Of a stretch of DNA of 64,000 nucleotides, positions 51,352 through 64,000 are shown one piece after another. Under the pieces are notes generated by a model that saw nothing but the letters and a program-made list of their open reading frames with translations, ran no database searches and was not told the origin of the DNA. This DNA is from Trichosphaerium sp. ATCC 40318 (lineage: Eukaryota > Protista > Tubulinea). The position numbers and the translations under genes are program-made. The first letter of the stretch is position 1. Each line of letters starts with the position of its first letter. Location: positions 992,001 through 1,056,000 of the forward strand of contig JALMLS010000322.1 of the NCBI GenBank assembly GCA_038496445.1. Direction: 5' to 3'.

Positions 51352-51622
51352 GGCGTCGTAAACAGAATTGACGCTTTTGGCTCTAAACGCAGATGCTCAC
51401 AGACTGTCTGATTTAAAATTTAACGCTTTATTGTTAATAGTTAATACCGTAACAGGTATGGCCGGGCCAGTGTGAGTTAAAACCGTCAAAATGTACCGAA
51501 ACGAAAATTGACTTTAATTGACGTCAAAATCCAACAAAATCGTATAGAGTACATTGTTTATTGTAATTTAACATCTGTCAAAGCGATTAAAACCATTTTT
51601 AGATAAAATAAAACAAGTTGGC

Positions 51623-53578
51623 TTAACGGAAATTATTTTTTTGATCAGTAACCTTTCTTTTTACGCTATGTCTATTAGTTGAAGCCCGAGGAGTTTCATC
51701 CTCCGCTTTTCTCTTCTTACAACTCTTTTTTGTAAAAAAAGAATCTATGGAGTTCGATACCAAGTTCTTAAACTGAAAACAAAGTTAAAGAAAAACAAAG
51801 CAAAACATTGATGATTTTTTTTTTGAAACAAGAAAAAAACTGAGATAACATCTTGATTACCTGGGTAGCAATGACACCCATCCACCTCAATTTCCACTTC
51901 TCATCGCCAAAAGATTTCTTGAAGAGCTTCATAACACTATCAGTGAGCACTAATATAAGCAAAGTGAGGATCAATGAACACAATAATAAACAAAAGTTAA
52001 ACCTTTCGAGTTGTAGGTTTGCCCACTCTTTGCTGTTACCATTTGAGTAAATCGCTTAGTTATACGCTTTTCTTTACAATCTACGCATCTATAACAAAGA
52101 GAAAACGAATAAGGTACTCGTCTATATTTCGCTTTCTAGGAAACAAATAAGGTTAAACAACTTTTTTACTATAACTTCACAACATAAAAAATCACTTACA
52201 TCACCCGCTAGTCGTGTGACAAGTTCCGAGCATATTTGAGATAGCACTTTTCGAAGATGAGGCCAGTTAGTATCAATCGGTATAAGCGACATGCTGCACA
52301 TTATTGACTTTTGTGGACCTAATACAAATTTGAAAAAAGTTACAACCATATCATTGTGGAAAACTAACCTTTCGACACGACCTTCTGATTATTAGCACCA
52401 CGGCATGCCCAAAAAACCCATTCAGCATTATTCAATTTCATTGATTCTATATCTTCAAGAGACAGCGCTTTCAAGTCACATATCATAGCGTCCTCACCAA
52501 GAACTTCTTTCAACTTTTTAACACCTTCAAGCCCAATTTTAGAGCTAAGTCCAGGAAGCTTATTCAAAGGAACACGTGACAAAACACCTTAACAAAATTT
52601 AAACTTAACATTGCAATAAAGTAGATCGTACTTGATGTATTAGAGTAAGGTACACATGTTTGGGCATCAGGCTTATGTAAGTTCGAGGCTATCTTTGCAA
52701 GTAACTTGTTGTGTGCTATGCCTATAAACAGATGAAAGGTTGCCTTCCGAAGAGATTATACCTGCAGAGCATGTGAAGCCCAGTTTTTCCTTTAATTTAG
52801 CACGAATAGCTGCTATAATATTACTACCTAATATAGTAGGATTGTCACGTGGTGTAGATGAATTTTTATTATCTCCAGCAATGTTTCCAACCCACCAACA
52901 TGCATCAATATTCAACCCATCTTAAAAAACAAAGCGTCAGAAGTCATAAGAAAAACCACGTCTGGGGTAAATCCACGTGTTTAATAACATACATTGACCA
53001 ATCTTAGGCATCTCTGGAGACACCTCAAACGTCAAATCGATATAAAATTCGTCAATGGAGCCACGTTCAACGCTTGTGAATTCTTGCTCTAGAAAAGCTT
53101 GAATTTGCGTCGAAGCCTCTTGGTAAGCACGGTAGGAGACCTTTGAGCCATATTCTTTAGAAAGAGGGACTACTATAACGCTTGGAAAGTCTTTTATAAC
53201 CTACAACTAATAAGTTGGCGAACATGTAATAAATACGCCTGCATCTGTTATATTGGAGTGTTTTTTAACGCCTAGAGCTCTCGCTGTATAACGGTTAAAA
53301 AATAATAAGAAGTTGCGGTTTATAATACCTTCATACGATACACAGATAACATCTCCATGCTATTGAGGCGTAAACGAGTGTTGGTTGTGCGTTTCAAATA
53401 ATTCTAACCTGACTAACTACAAAAGGCTACAAACATATCAACTACGCATTAATTAACAAGTACATACCTTATTGAGTAATTCTGGGCGACGTTTGCGTTC
53501 AACTTGTACAAAAAAAGCGTCCAAGTCAACACATGCTATTACGCGACTCACACTCTCAACATCTGGTGCCTGCGCCAT
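51623..53578 (-). CDS. Y-family translesion DNA polymerase, eta-like
   Basis: VIACVDLDAFFVQVE, VSYEARALGVK, VERGSIDEFYIDLT, LGFTCSAGI, LPGL; C-terminal PIP-box-like NSIDSFF followed by a basic NLS-like stretch. Confidence 0.88.
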
Positions 53579-53667
53579 GTTTTAGTAAGGTTTCAAAGTG
53601 CTAAGAAAAGTTCAGATAAGCGAGAAAGTTCAAACATTTTCCGTCTTGCTATCCGTTCGTAAACATA

Positions 53668-55367
53668 ATGAGCGACCCAACAATCATTGCAAATTTCGCT
53701 GCAGGTCCAGCATCACTCCCTAAGGATGTTTTAGACGAGATCGAAACAAAATTGCGGGATTACCCTCGTAAAGGTATTTTTAAGCCTTTATACGCGTAAG
53801 AATCACTCATTATAACGTTTTCAGGCGTTTCTATTCTCGAAATTAGTCACAGAGACTCAGAGTTCGTTAAAATAAGAGATGAAGCCGAGGCGACGCTAAG
53901 AGAAGTACTGTAAGGCTATTACAACTGTGCTCAACTAACCTACCACAAAGTAACGTACCAGACACTCACAGCATCATATTTCTACAAGGAGGTGGTACAG
54001 GACAATTCTCAGCAGTGCCTATGAACCTATTGGGGAAAGCAAAAACCGCTCCAGAGTACATAGTCACCGGTAGATGGGTATTAACTTCATCTCTTTTTTT
54101 TTTTTGCCCATTCACTCTTTTATTGTTGTTTAGTCTCAAAAAGCGTTTGACGAAGCTTGCAAGTATACAAAGCCGTTGAAGGCAGGCACAGATACTAAAT
54201 GTAACATCCCAGATTATAAAGGTAATGAGACAAACACGATTTACTTTCAAAAATGAAGCACGTGTTGTATCGTTTTTACTAAAATAGGAAAACGTTTTGT
54301 TTTGGATTTTCTTGTTCTTGAGAGCTTATTTTTATGTTAGATGATGCTACTCCACCTTATATTTATTATTGTGATAACGAAACCGTTGATGGTAAGGAAT
54401 TCGCTAAAGTTCCAGAGTCAAAAGTGCCACTTGTTTGTGATATGTCATCAAATTTTTTGACACGCCAAGTGCCAATTGAAAAGTACGTTATTTATTCTCT
54501 AATATGGACATGAATTATTTTATAATCACTACTTTTATGATACCAAAAGCCGAAGTGTTTTCTTCTAAACGTGATGAGTATTAGACTTTTTGAGTTTTTT
54601 TTTTTGACAATAATTTTTTTACACTTTGTTCCTTGTTGATTTATTCAATTGAACCGCGACCAATTCAAACCTTGTGTGTCCAAAAAGTATACAGGATATG
54701 ATATATTTATTACTCCTAGGTATGATTTAATTTTTGCTGGGGCTCAGAAGAATTGTGGCATTCCAGGACTTACAATCGTTATTGTAAAGAACGATGTTCT
54801 TGAAAACGCATTACCAATAACACCAGCTGTATTCCACTACAAGAAAAACCTTGGTTCACTCATGAATACTATACCTACATTCCCTCTATTCGTTACTTTA
54901 CTTGTACTTAAATGGGTAAAGAAACAAGGAGGTGTAAAAGCCATGGAAGAGGTAATGAATTTTTTTAAAGTTCTTTTGTTGAACAAAACGTTGACAGCTT
55001 CTTAGAGAACAAAAGAAAAAAGTAAGATGCTTTATGATACATTAGAGAAGATACCTTTGTTTAAGCCTATTGTGGAACCATATTGTAGATCAAGACTTAA
55101 CGTTGTATGGAAAATAGAAAAACCAGAAGATGAAGCCAAAGCACTTAAAGAAAAATTATTAAGCGAAGCCAAATCTAAAGGTACCTTGATTAGTTTCTTC
55201 CGAAATAATCACGTGATCACAAATTAAAATTTATGTAAGGTATCGTTGGGATCGCAGGACATAGATCAGTCGGTGGTTTCAGGGCATCTTTGTACAATGC
55301 AGTCACTTTGGAACAAACAAAGTTACTCTGTCAACTTCTTCAAAAGTTTGCAAGTGAAAACGAATAA
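53668..55367 (+). CDS. serC: Phosphoserine aminotransferase
   Basis: [76 protein letters not shown]. Confidence 0.95.
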
Positions 55368-55701
55368 AAATGCAACATATTCATAAACAATAGAGTTTCA
55401 ACTTTGTGTCAATCTATGCCTACAAACTCATACTGTCAAACTTGAAGATGTACAGCTGAAAGGAAGTAAGAAAAGCAAATGGCACATTCAATATGAGTAT
55501 TTCAGTGAACTAGTCTTAGGTGCTTAAACTTTTTCTTCACTCAACACTTGTCCCAATCTTTTTAAAAAAAAGCAAAGAATTATGTCAACCTTACATATAA
55601 TACTATCTTCCCAGCCTAACTCACTTGAAGTCTCAATACAGTTTACTTAAAAAATGTTTGAATACATTTAATTGACATAACAGGTAAGCCTTCCACCAAA
55701 T

Positions 55702-56454
55702 CTATTGTCGCGCTCTACCATCATTTATTGCTTGTGTTTGCATTTCGCCTTGCCTTGACCATGAAGTATATTCTCCTTGTAAGGTGCCTTTAACAAAAGT
55801 ACACTGTACACTCTTCTGTCCATTTTCATACCAAGTTGTATGTACACCATGCTTGATATTATTAACAAAACTACAAACTTCAGATAATTGCCCATTCTCA
55901 TACCAACGCTTATACTCTCCTTCACGACAGCCATCAACATATTCACACTCAACAAATAACTGACAAGGTTCATCAGGGAGATCCCCTCTCCATTGCTTAA
56001 ATAAGCCATGTCTCTTACCCTTAGAATAGCTACAATGGACATGCAATAAACCATTCTTGAACCACTTCTTGTATTCACCTTCTCTTAAGCCATTGACAAA
56101 ATAACAATGAATGTGTAGCTCACCAGTACAACGCCACTCTTTAAAATCTCCTTCAAGCTTGCCATTGACATACATGCTTTTTACCCATACTTTGTCCTCA
56201 CTCCATATAATGCATTCTCCGTTCAGTTGACCGTTAACAAAGTGGCATTGTTTCTTTTTAGACAAGAATTGAGTGGTTTCTTTGATCTGTCGCTTAAACT
56301 TAATCCATTGCCCTTTCTTTTGTAGTAATTCATCAAAACGTAACCTAGCTGCTTTCTTACATAGTAAAGGCCACTGTATATAAACTTCTGGGTCTGTTTC
56401 CATTATTTCTCGTTTCATATCCATCGGAAGCCTTAGTAGTAGCTCCTGGTCCAT
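55702..56454 (-). CDS. Intronless F-box-like/MORN-variant repeat protein
   Basis: LLRLPMDMKREIMETDPEVYIQWPLLCK, then about 7 GEYKxWxxNGxL repeats. Confidence 0.85.
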   Translation of the reverse strand: MDQELLLRLPMDMKREIMETDPEVYIQWPLLCKKAARLRFDELLQKKGQWIKFKRQIKETTQFLSKKKQCHFVNGQLNGECIIWSEDKVWVKSMYVNGKLEGDFKEWRCTGELHIHCYFVNGLREGEYKKWFKNGLLHVHCSYSKGKRHGLFKQWRGDLPDEPCQLFVECEYVDGCREGEYKRWYENGQLSEVCSFVNNIKHGVHTTWYENGQKSVQCTFVKGTLQGEYTSWSRQGEMQTQAINDGRARQ

Positions 56455-56645
56455 TCCTAGAGTGCAAGTGAGGATGCACTACTGTTGTGTCACTTGGCTT
56501 AGAATATAATGCTCCTAAAAGAAACAATTCTGTGAAAAATGAACTTTCTAGAAAGTTCCAGGCCTGGAACTCACGTGTTGAAATTCATGGGAATTTCGAT
56601 GCATTTCTTAGATCTGAACAATCTTGTATTGCATACATAAACTCT

Positions 56646-57002
56646 ATGGCAACGAAATTACAAGTACGTAGTGTGTTAATTGGTCACGGATCCCAAATTA
56701 TTAACAACAATGGAGAGCTACGATTTTTAGTTAATCACGTGAATGACAAGCGTGAAGGAGAGTATAATGAGTGGCATAAAAACGGACAGTTGCGCTCACA
56801 AGTCAATTATGTAAATGACATCAAAGATGGAGAATACAAGGAGTGGTATGAAGCAGGACAGTTGCACAAACAATTGTATTATGTTGACAGCGAAGTTGGA
56901 GGAGAACGTAAGAGGTGGTATACTAACGGGCAATTGGAGAGTCATTATTATATCAATGGTAAGATAACAAGATGGTTTCGTGATGGCAGAGTAAAGGACT
57001 AA
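56646..57002 (+). CDS. Short MORN-variant repeat ORF lacking the F-box-like leader (possibly a fragment)
   Basis: REGEYNEWHKNGQL, KDGEYKEWYEAGQL, GERKRWYTNGQL; frame open from 56487, plausible ATG at 56646. Confidence 0.6.
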   Translation: MATKLQVRSVLIGHGSQIINNNGELRFLVNHVNDKREGEYNEWHKNGQLRSQVNYVNDIKDGEYKEWYEAGQLHKQLYYVDSEVGGERKRWYTNGQLESHYYINGKITRWFRDGRVKD

Positions 57003-57634
57003 TGTTGTAATGATGAAGTAGTTGACAAAAACTAAAGATGGTCAAGTGACGTGTTAGTATTTTTGTCTACATAAAGAACACGATTTTCGAGCTCTCCTAC
57101 TTGTCCTTTTTCAAAAGAATATTGAGATATTTTTAGATAATGTCAAAAGTATGCACAGTTTTGATCATGAGCGTTACAAAAGGAAAAGGGTGACTATTAT
57201 TTTACAAATTGAATCAAGGTGGTAAACAGGTAAGATGTAAATACTTTTTAACAAGTTTACGGTAGCAACAGATGTTACAATACATTCTGGTACATTGTCT
57301 CATCAAGGTAAAATATCAAGTGTATGCTACCTGTGATGAAACACCACGTGATCCAGTGACAAAGTCAGAAAGAACACAATGATGTGGAACGAAAAATGCA
57401 TCTAATAGTGCCAACTTTGCAGACACCAAAGATGGCTCCGTCTATCCTCCAGCACCCTACACAAGGCCAGCAATCTATTGACCAGCATATTTATCATAAA
57501 TTGTGGTTCTGCTTTAGACAAACTTGTTAAAGTGCACGTAAGTTGAAATAAGGTGACCGCTCTGGGGTTTTTTAAGCCAAGTTTGTGTTGACTTAATAAA
57601 GTTGCACTTGTAAGTTTGCTACAGGTTGTTAACG

Positions 57635-59078
57635 ATGACGTACGCGTAGTTTTATAAGGATAAGTCGCTAATTATTAGCGAGACTCTTCCTACTGAACTT
57701 TGGTACAAGATTGCTTCATTCCTTCCAATATCATGCTTGATCAATCGATTTGGTGTTTGTTCTACATTTTACAGAGAAACAGCGACCCACAACTACATTT
57801 GGCGCTCTAAGATTAAAGAATACTATGGAGCCACTTATATTACAGATGAGTCATGTTTAGAGACGTTTAAGCAACTCTACCTTGTTAGATGGGATGTCTC
57901 CAAATGTGGAACGTAAGTTTCGTTTCAAAAGGCGTTAACGCACTTGAGAATGCTTCAGCATTTCTCACATCGCGTAGGAACGTTGTAATAGAAGAAAACG
58001 GAACAGTCCTCAAAATGCCATTAAATGACAGTATTACTCTATCCAATAGATGCTTTAAAGGTGAAGAGAGGTACTATTGGGAGATGGAAACTTCGCTTCC
58101 AAACAGTTCCAGCAGTGAAATGGGTACGATACTTTTTTGTTGGGAATTTCATGAACAATACGCAGAAGGTTTGCATCAAAGCTAAGCCTGGCTACAAAAA
58201 TCACGTGTTTTTTCCTGAAAGTAGAAGTGAGTGAGCTAATCCTGGTTTGGTTTTAGGTAATAAACGGACTTTCCGCCTTGGTGTTGCTGATAAAAGCGCT
58301 TTAGATTTTCCTGGTGGTGATTTATGGTATATCAATAGAAATTAGATTGAAACTCGTTTTTTTTTTGCTGCTGTTGTCTAGAGGAGGCTTTTTAACTACT
58401 ATAGCCGGTTAGCCGTTTAAGTTTTTGTAGTCGGCTATAACCGGCTATAGTAGGCTAAAAAAATAGAACCAGATACTGTCAAAAAGTACAAAGAATGTAC
58501 AAATGTTGTTGAAAAAAAGCAAGTATCATATTCTTCGAATTCGAATTTTATTTCTCTCATTTTCTTAGCCGGTAGTTAGCCAGCTACGAATTTTTGTAGC
58601 CGGATAAGCTGGTACCACAACCACCTCTAAATGAGAGTGATTGTTTTTTTGTTGCTGTTGTAACAACAATTTCTCTACAAACACGTTTTTTTCAGGCACC
58701 ACGGTTGGTCAGTCAATGCCATTGGCAGTGTTCATGCAAAAAGAACGAAAATTAAAGGTATAAAAGCATACAATAGAACAGAAGAAAGGGTTGGTTTCCT
58801 TCTTGATATGAAAGAACGTACTGTAAAGTACTTTCTAGGTGGAAAGTTTATTGACACTGTATTCACTGATCTACCAGGTGTGTACCTTCAACTTCCCCCC
58901 AACCGCTTAGTTTTTAGTTAATTGTTTGATACTAGATGAGATCTACCTAGCAGCTAGTAATGGTATAGGTGTAGGAATTGTAAAGACATATTTTGGTTTA
59001 CCAATACCAGTAATCATTGAAGAAGAGAACTATAGTCGCGGCAGTCAAGTTTTGTTAGAGTTTATACGGCAAACATAA
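57635..59078 (+). CDS. F-box/SPRY (B30.2) domain protein
   Basis: MTETLPTELWYKIASFLP F-box; SPRY motifs RYYWEM, FRLGVA, RVGFLLDMKERTVKYFLGG, IYLAAS. Confidence 0.85.
58379..58629. mobile_element. Putative MITE-like element inside an intron of the F-box/SPRY gene
   Basis: Ends TAGAGGAGG...CCACCTCTA (9 bp inverted, 1 mismatch); two subterminal TAGCCG/CGGCTA-rich hairpins; no clear target-site duplication. Confidence 0.5.
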
Positions 59079-59354
59079 CTTCACCTTGTTAAAATGGACA
59101 ACACTTTATCAGGTTCAAAGATATTCACTATTTCTTTATGCCTTTTGGCCAGTTGTTATTATTGTTGACTTTGACCACACTTTACAATTACGCTATTATG
59201 CTCCAGTTAAGCCGTTTTGTTCAAGCAAGAAAAGTGCAGCGTTGGCTATGTTAATAATTGTTAATTTTTACTAACTTGACCGTGTCGACAATACTGTTTA
59301 GACCCAATAAATAATAATTTGTTATTCTTGAAGGAAATGGTAATAATAGGTCAT

Positions 59355-61096
59355 TCAGCTTGCCTTCTGAACTCTTAGTTTGGTGACTTTGTAATATATT
59401 TGATAGTTGCTTAAGTTCATGGTTTGAAGAGAAGTTTCAAGTTTATCACGAGTATGCTGTTCCATGCGCTTCTCCTGAACGTTTATGATTGATCGTAACC
59501 CTGCTATAGAATGCAACATAGCTCTAGGGAACGTTGCCCAGTTGTAAATATCCACGTGCACATACGGAGTCCTATTGAAAAGTGTTGGGTGAGGGAAGGA
59601 GGAAACAAACAAATTTGGTTCTGGTGACAATACAACTCGTGTAATTGTAATCCAGGTATAACCCTACCCTACACAGTATTGTGATATCATTTAAAATACA
59701 AATCATAGTTGTCAGAGAAAACACCTGCTGGAAAAAGATACAGAACAACGTTACAATAAAATACAATATTTCATGTCAAATATCCAAAACAAAGTTTATT
59801 CAACGAACATTAATCCAACAAGTGGTACTTCCATAGGTAAGTAAGAACATTGTTGTTGTCCTTTTTCAGTAGGACTAATTCTACATAAATTCTGTGGCTT
59901 CTTTTGTTGAGATTTCAAGTCACGAAGATGATAATTCGATCCATAAAAGACACTTTCCTCTTTATCCCAAATACCATTATAATACGCATCTCTGAACCTA
60001 TCTTTAAGCTGTTTAATCTCACAACCTTGAGGCTTATTATCCTTTATAGGTATAGTAAGACCTAGCTTTCCATATCTTGTGTAAGGTTCACCGTAAATAA
60101 TAATCATAAAAAAAGCTTGTTTCTCTTCATCAAAATGATACCAAGCACCACGTGTTACGTATTTGTCACGTATGACGTCAATACCACAAACCTTAATAAA
60201 AAACCGCATTAGACAGTCTACTGACTGATGTACAGTGGACAAAATGTGTTCGGCATGAAGACGTTGATACTTACCTTATAGAAGTCAACGGAGTACTGGT
60301 AGTGATACCCATCAACTGAACTGCTGTTGAAGCTATGAACGACGACATCTCTTTCATCACCTTGCATACTATATATTCTCTCTCCGTTATTCAATATCCT
60401 CTCTGGAGGAAATCCTTCAAGGGTTCCTAGATAGAAAGACAATAAGCAACACAAATTGGCAATACAAAAAAAAAAGCACATGATACGCACTTTCTTTTGG
60501 AACAGGAGATGGGTCTTTAAGGTCTATTGAGTATATCTTAAAGAGGTCCGTGGTACCATTTCTGTGAATAGAACGCATCATGAAGAGGGTATCTCTTAAT
60601 TCTTCAGTGTCAATGTGGAACATTCTAAAGAAAGTATCAGCGAAAACAATTCTTCGATTATTTTTTTTTAAATGATACTACTGTGTCGGTCGTACACTGA
60701 GAAATAACCTTTAACTAGATTTGTGTGAAGAATCTTTCCAGTCTTAACGTTAATAGTTTGAAATGTTGTATTAGCGAGGTCCTCAGTAATCATGCCTATG
60801 ACGGCAACATCGTCGCCTATTCTAACGTTTCCAACCACTTCTCTGAAGGAATCTGTGTATCTTACTGGTGTAACACAAGCAGGCTCGAAAATGGCTGTTT
60901 TGGTATTAGTTTCGTTCCGATTTGCTCTAGTTTTGTTACCTTGGTCTCCTTTAAGCGTTATCCTAGCTATAGCGTAGTAAGGATCTCCACCGTCGGCTGC
61001 TGGGCTCTGATAACGCGCATATACAGTCTGTGCGTTAACGAGAGCTAATTGTATGCTTATAAGCACTAATAGGGTACAGAGGAGTTGTTGCAGCAT
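59355..61096 (-). CDS. Uncharacterised secreted, beta-rich protein
   Basis: Signal peptide MLQQLLCTLLVLISIQLALVNA; long open exons linked by GT-AG introns; 3' end approximate. Confidence 0.65.
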
Positions 61097-62128
61097 TTAG
61101 ATTGTCGCACAAATAATGGTGAAGATAGTGCGAGAAAATTCAAGTTTTTTTGTTTTGTAAATCCAACATTCCAAAAAAGGAAGCTTAGTATTTTCCTTGT
61201 AGTTGTCGGTAGGAAGGAACCTTTCGTGGTTTTTTTCGTTGTTACTAAAAGTATGAAAGGTACATTAATTTGGTGCAAACAGAAGTACCGTAAGCTCTTA
61301 AGTCCAAGTTTCGTTCCAAAAAGGGTGATTAAGTTTCGGAGTGAGACAGGAAAGATATGTCATGTATGTTTTTAACTATGTCTACAACCATTAGTATTCG
61401 ATGGTATGTACGCGGATAGAGTACGGAAACGCCGATTCGTACTAGCCGTTTTTCAAGGCGTGACTATGTACTGCCGAGATAGAATCTACTATGTAAACTT
61501 TCATACTTTGTGAAGTGAATGGCGTTGAGTCAACGCACTTGAACGGGAGTCTATCTGTGCTACAGGCAGTAAACATAACGCTTTATGCGTTACATTACAT
61601 ATTTCCTGTTACTTGTTGCTTGGCCACGACCTTTGGAGATGACATGAGCGTGTTGAACTTTTATTCTAGTTCGTATTCTCCTGGTTAAGTGTAGTATTTG
61701 TGCTAACGTCATCAAGAACTTGATACGGACAAGTTGATCCAGACTGTAAAAAAGGAATAGGTGGCTATATACTAATCTTTGTTGTATGTAAAACTATACT
61801 AACATAGTCTTGTTGAAAACTGTTGAACATTAGCATTTGAGCTGTTTCGTTTCAATGACCTGAATGTACCACAACACAAGCAGCAAATATTGAGAGCAAG
61901 CATAACTAATACACTCCCCCTTGCCCTTACGATGTCCGTCAGGACAGACGTATCTACTTCCAAAGCTTGTCACTTGAGTGTATTTTACAATAAAATTTTG
62001 TTTCGCGTTTTTATTTTCGCGTTTTTTTCCCCTTTTTGTTAATCGTTACCTTAGGAATTGGTTAAGTCTCTGTAGCCATCCTGAGCCATTTGGTTGATGT
62101 ACTCTCACACGTTATACCTAAAGCCATT

Positions 62129-63267
62129 ATGTGGAAGTTTATAGGAAGCCAATTGGAGTCGTTGGAGCGCAAAGATGAAGGGAAGGCAGACTTGACTAAA
62201 AAAGTTGTGTTTAACGGCAAGGCGTGGCTTATAAACAACGTATTAACACCTGAAGAGTCTCAAATTATAGTTGGCGGTATCGAAAAACTGGTACGAAATC
62301 CGTTTTGTTGAAAAGAGCTCAGTTTATCGCTAAATGTGTTGTAGACTCTTAAAACATGCGATCTTGGGTATAGGTTGTGTCTACGGAAGGAAATTAAGTC
62401 CGTTCAATTAACCAAATACGTACGCCTTTCTAGAGTATTCAAATCGCTCTAAAACCGTATTAAAACGCGTGAGAGTAACTTTGTTTAAAGATTTGGGATA
62501 AAATAAGCGATTTTGTTCCTATAACAATAACAAGCCGTTATCCTAAGGCTAGAGAGGGTAGTCCTGTTTTCAAGTGGGATTTGGTTGGTTTAAACCCTGA
62601 TATACGAGTTGTAAAGTATAACAAGAATATGAAGTTCGAAGTCCACTATGATTACCCTAGAAAGCAAGGAAAGGGTGTATTGAGTATGATGACATTTATG
62701 ATTTACTTAAACAAGGGATTCAAAGGAGGTCAGACACTATTTTTTGAAAATGATGAAAAAACGGTCACAAAGTCTATATCTCCTGAGCCTGGGTTATTGT
62801 TGATGTTCTTGCAAGGTGAAAGAGAAGGTAAGGTTATCATTTCAATATCTCATTTTTTTCTTCGTCTTGCTGGAATGACTCGGATTGTCTTTCAAAAAAA
62901 ATGACAAAAAAACCAATGATAATTTTTTCAATCCTGGTCCTCTCTAGCTATACATGCGTTCTAGTCACAACCCATGGTGTATGTACATACTACATTGGTT
63001 TTTTGTAAAAGAACATAGTGTAGGCAGTACATATTAATGTGGGTATCCTCGGCAAGCGTTGAAAAAAAAATGTCAAAGTTTTGAAACTGTTTTATTTTTT
63101 ATGTTGATAATCCGGGTCATCATTCCTCATTTCTATGTACCATATGTGGTGTAACTTATTTTTTTAGGGTTAAAACACAGTGGAACTCCTGTAGAAGAAG
63201 GGACAAAGTATATTCTGAGAACAGATGTATTTTATAAAAAATGCAGTGCAATGTGAATGACCAATAA
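62129..63267 (+). CDS. 2OG-Fe(II) oxygenase (prolyl-4-hydroxylase-like)
   Basis: INNVLTPEES, GLNPDIRVVKY, FEVHYD (HxD), TFMIYLN..F.GGQTLF, KHSGTPVEEGTKYILRTDVFY. Confidence 0.88.
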
Positions 63268-63299
63268 ATTTTTAATAGCACAATCAGAAAAGGAGGTCT

Positions 63300-64000
63300 A
63301 AACTGAATCCTAACAGTAACTTTTGAAATACTATATGCATCCATACGGACCGAATATCCAACTAGTACAAATATTTATAGGTGATCCCATATCAAAAGTG
63401 CGGTTAAGTCTTTTTTTCGAAGAAAGAAAAAACAAAAAAAAACTCAATGTTTGTTTACAGTAATTGAGCGAGCCACATTTAAAGTCTCTACTGCTTGATA
63501 CATGTGTTAACTCTGCAATACCTGCATGAGAGCTATTATACTTCCGAAATTCGCATGCTGATGCTATGTGCATCGCTAGGTTTTAGCATTGTTACCAAGC
63601 GATATAGCTGGGTGCAACATCAACGGACTAAGTAAACATGCACAATATACAATTTATGACACTGTATTATGATGGCACACTTGGTAAGATGTAATCAATT
63701 CAAAGAATATCTATTATCTTGTGTGCTAAAGATTCAGCTATTTGGCAAAAAATGCAACAACCTACTCTCTGATGCATTGAGCATCTCTTAGATATCATCA
63801 GAATTGAAGATAAAACAGATTTAATTTGTAACTTACTTGGATGGCTTGACTACTTTTTGTTTGCTTATTTTGCGTGTATAAGAGCTCTTACGATATGATA
63901 TTGGGTGTATACCACTTTTAGCTTGTACTATGTCCCTTGGTCTGCTAATTGTCCTGGCACTTTTTGAACCTCTTGGCGTTTGTTTCTTATGTCCTTTTGA
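63300..64000 (-). CDS. 3' part of an unidentified gene entering from the right edge
   Basis: Open basic low-complexity frame at 63840-64000 ending in a GTAAGT donor; further exon-like segments downstream; end not resolved. Confidence 0.35.

Noticed and set aside
1-64000. Prokaryotic operon, CRISPR array, rRNA or tRNA
   Set aside because: Genes are interrupted by spliceosomal introns; I saw no repeat-spacer array or recognisable structural RNA.

Overview
AT-rich, intron-dense eukaryotic DNA from a compact protist genome. It is probably amoebozoan, inferred from a Roco protein, a family-2 GPCR, an EF/PH-type phospholipase D and many 40-250 bp introns. The ORF track fragments most genes, so all exon structures below were spliced by eye. 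Recognisable genes: SAM methyltransferase, secretin/adhesion-type GPCR, LRR-Roc-COR protein, TauE-like transporter, GH27 alpha-galactosidase, DH-PH-MORN RhoGEF, phospholipase D, Y-family DNA polymerase (eta-like), phosphoserine aminotransferase, F-box/SPRY protein and a 2OG-Fe(II) oxygenase. Between them lie intronless F-box-LRR and F-box-like/MORN-variant genes, several of them decayed. The best candidate for a new system is a gene present twice as an inverted duplication (7709-10618 +, 18757-21699 -). It encodes an MLKL/HeLo-like four-helix bundle, two receiver-like domains and a C2 domain. Its N-terminal exons have diverged strongly while the neighbouring introns are nearly identical, and one copy sits head-to-head with a kinase-less LRR-Roc-COR gene. 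This suggests a sensor/executioner cell-death or immunity module (inference). The palindrome CACGTG is also strongly over-represented across the window.
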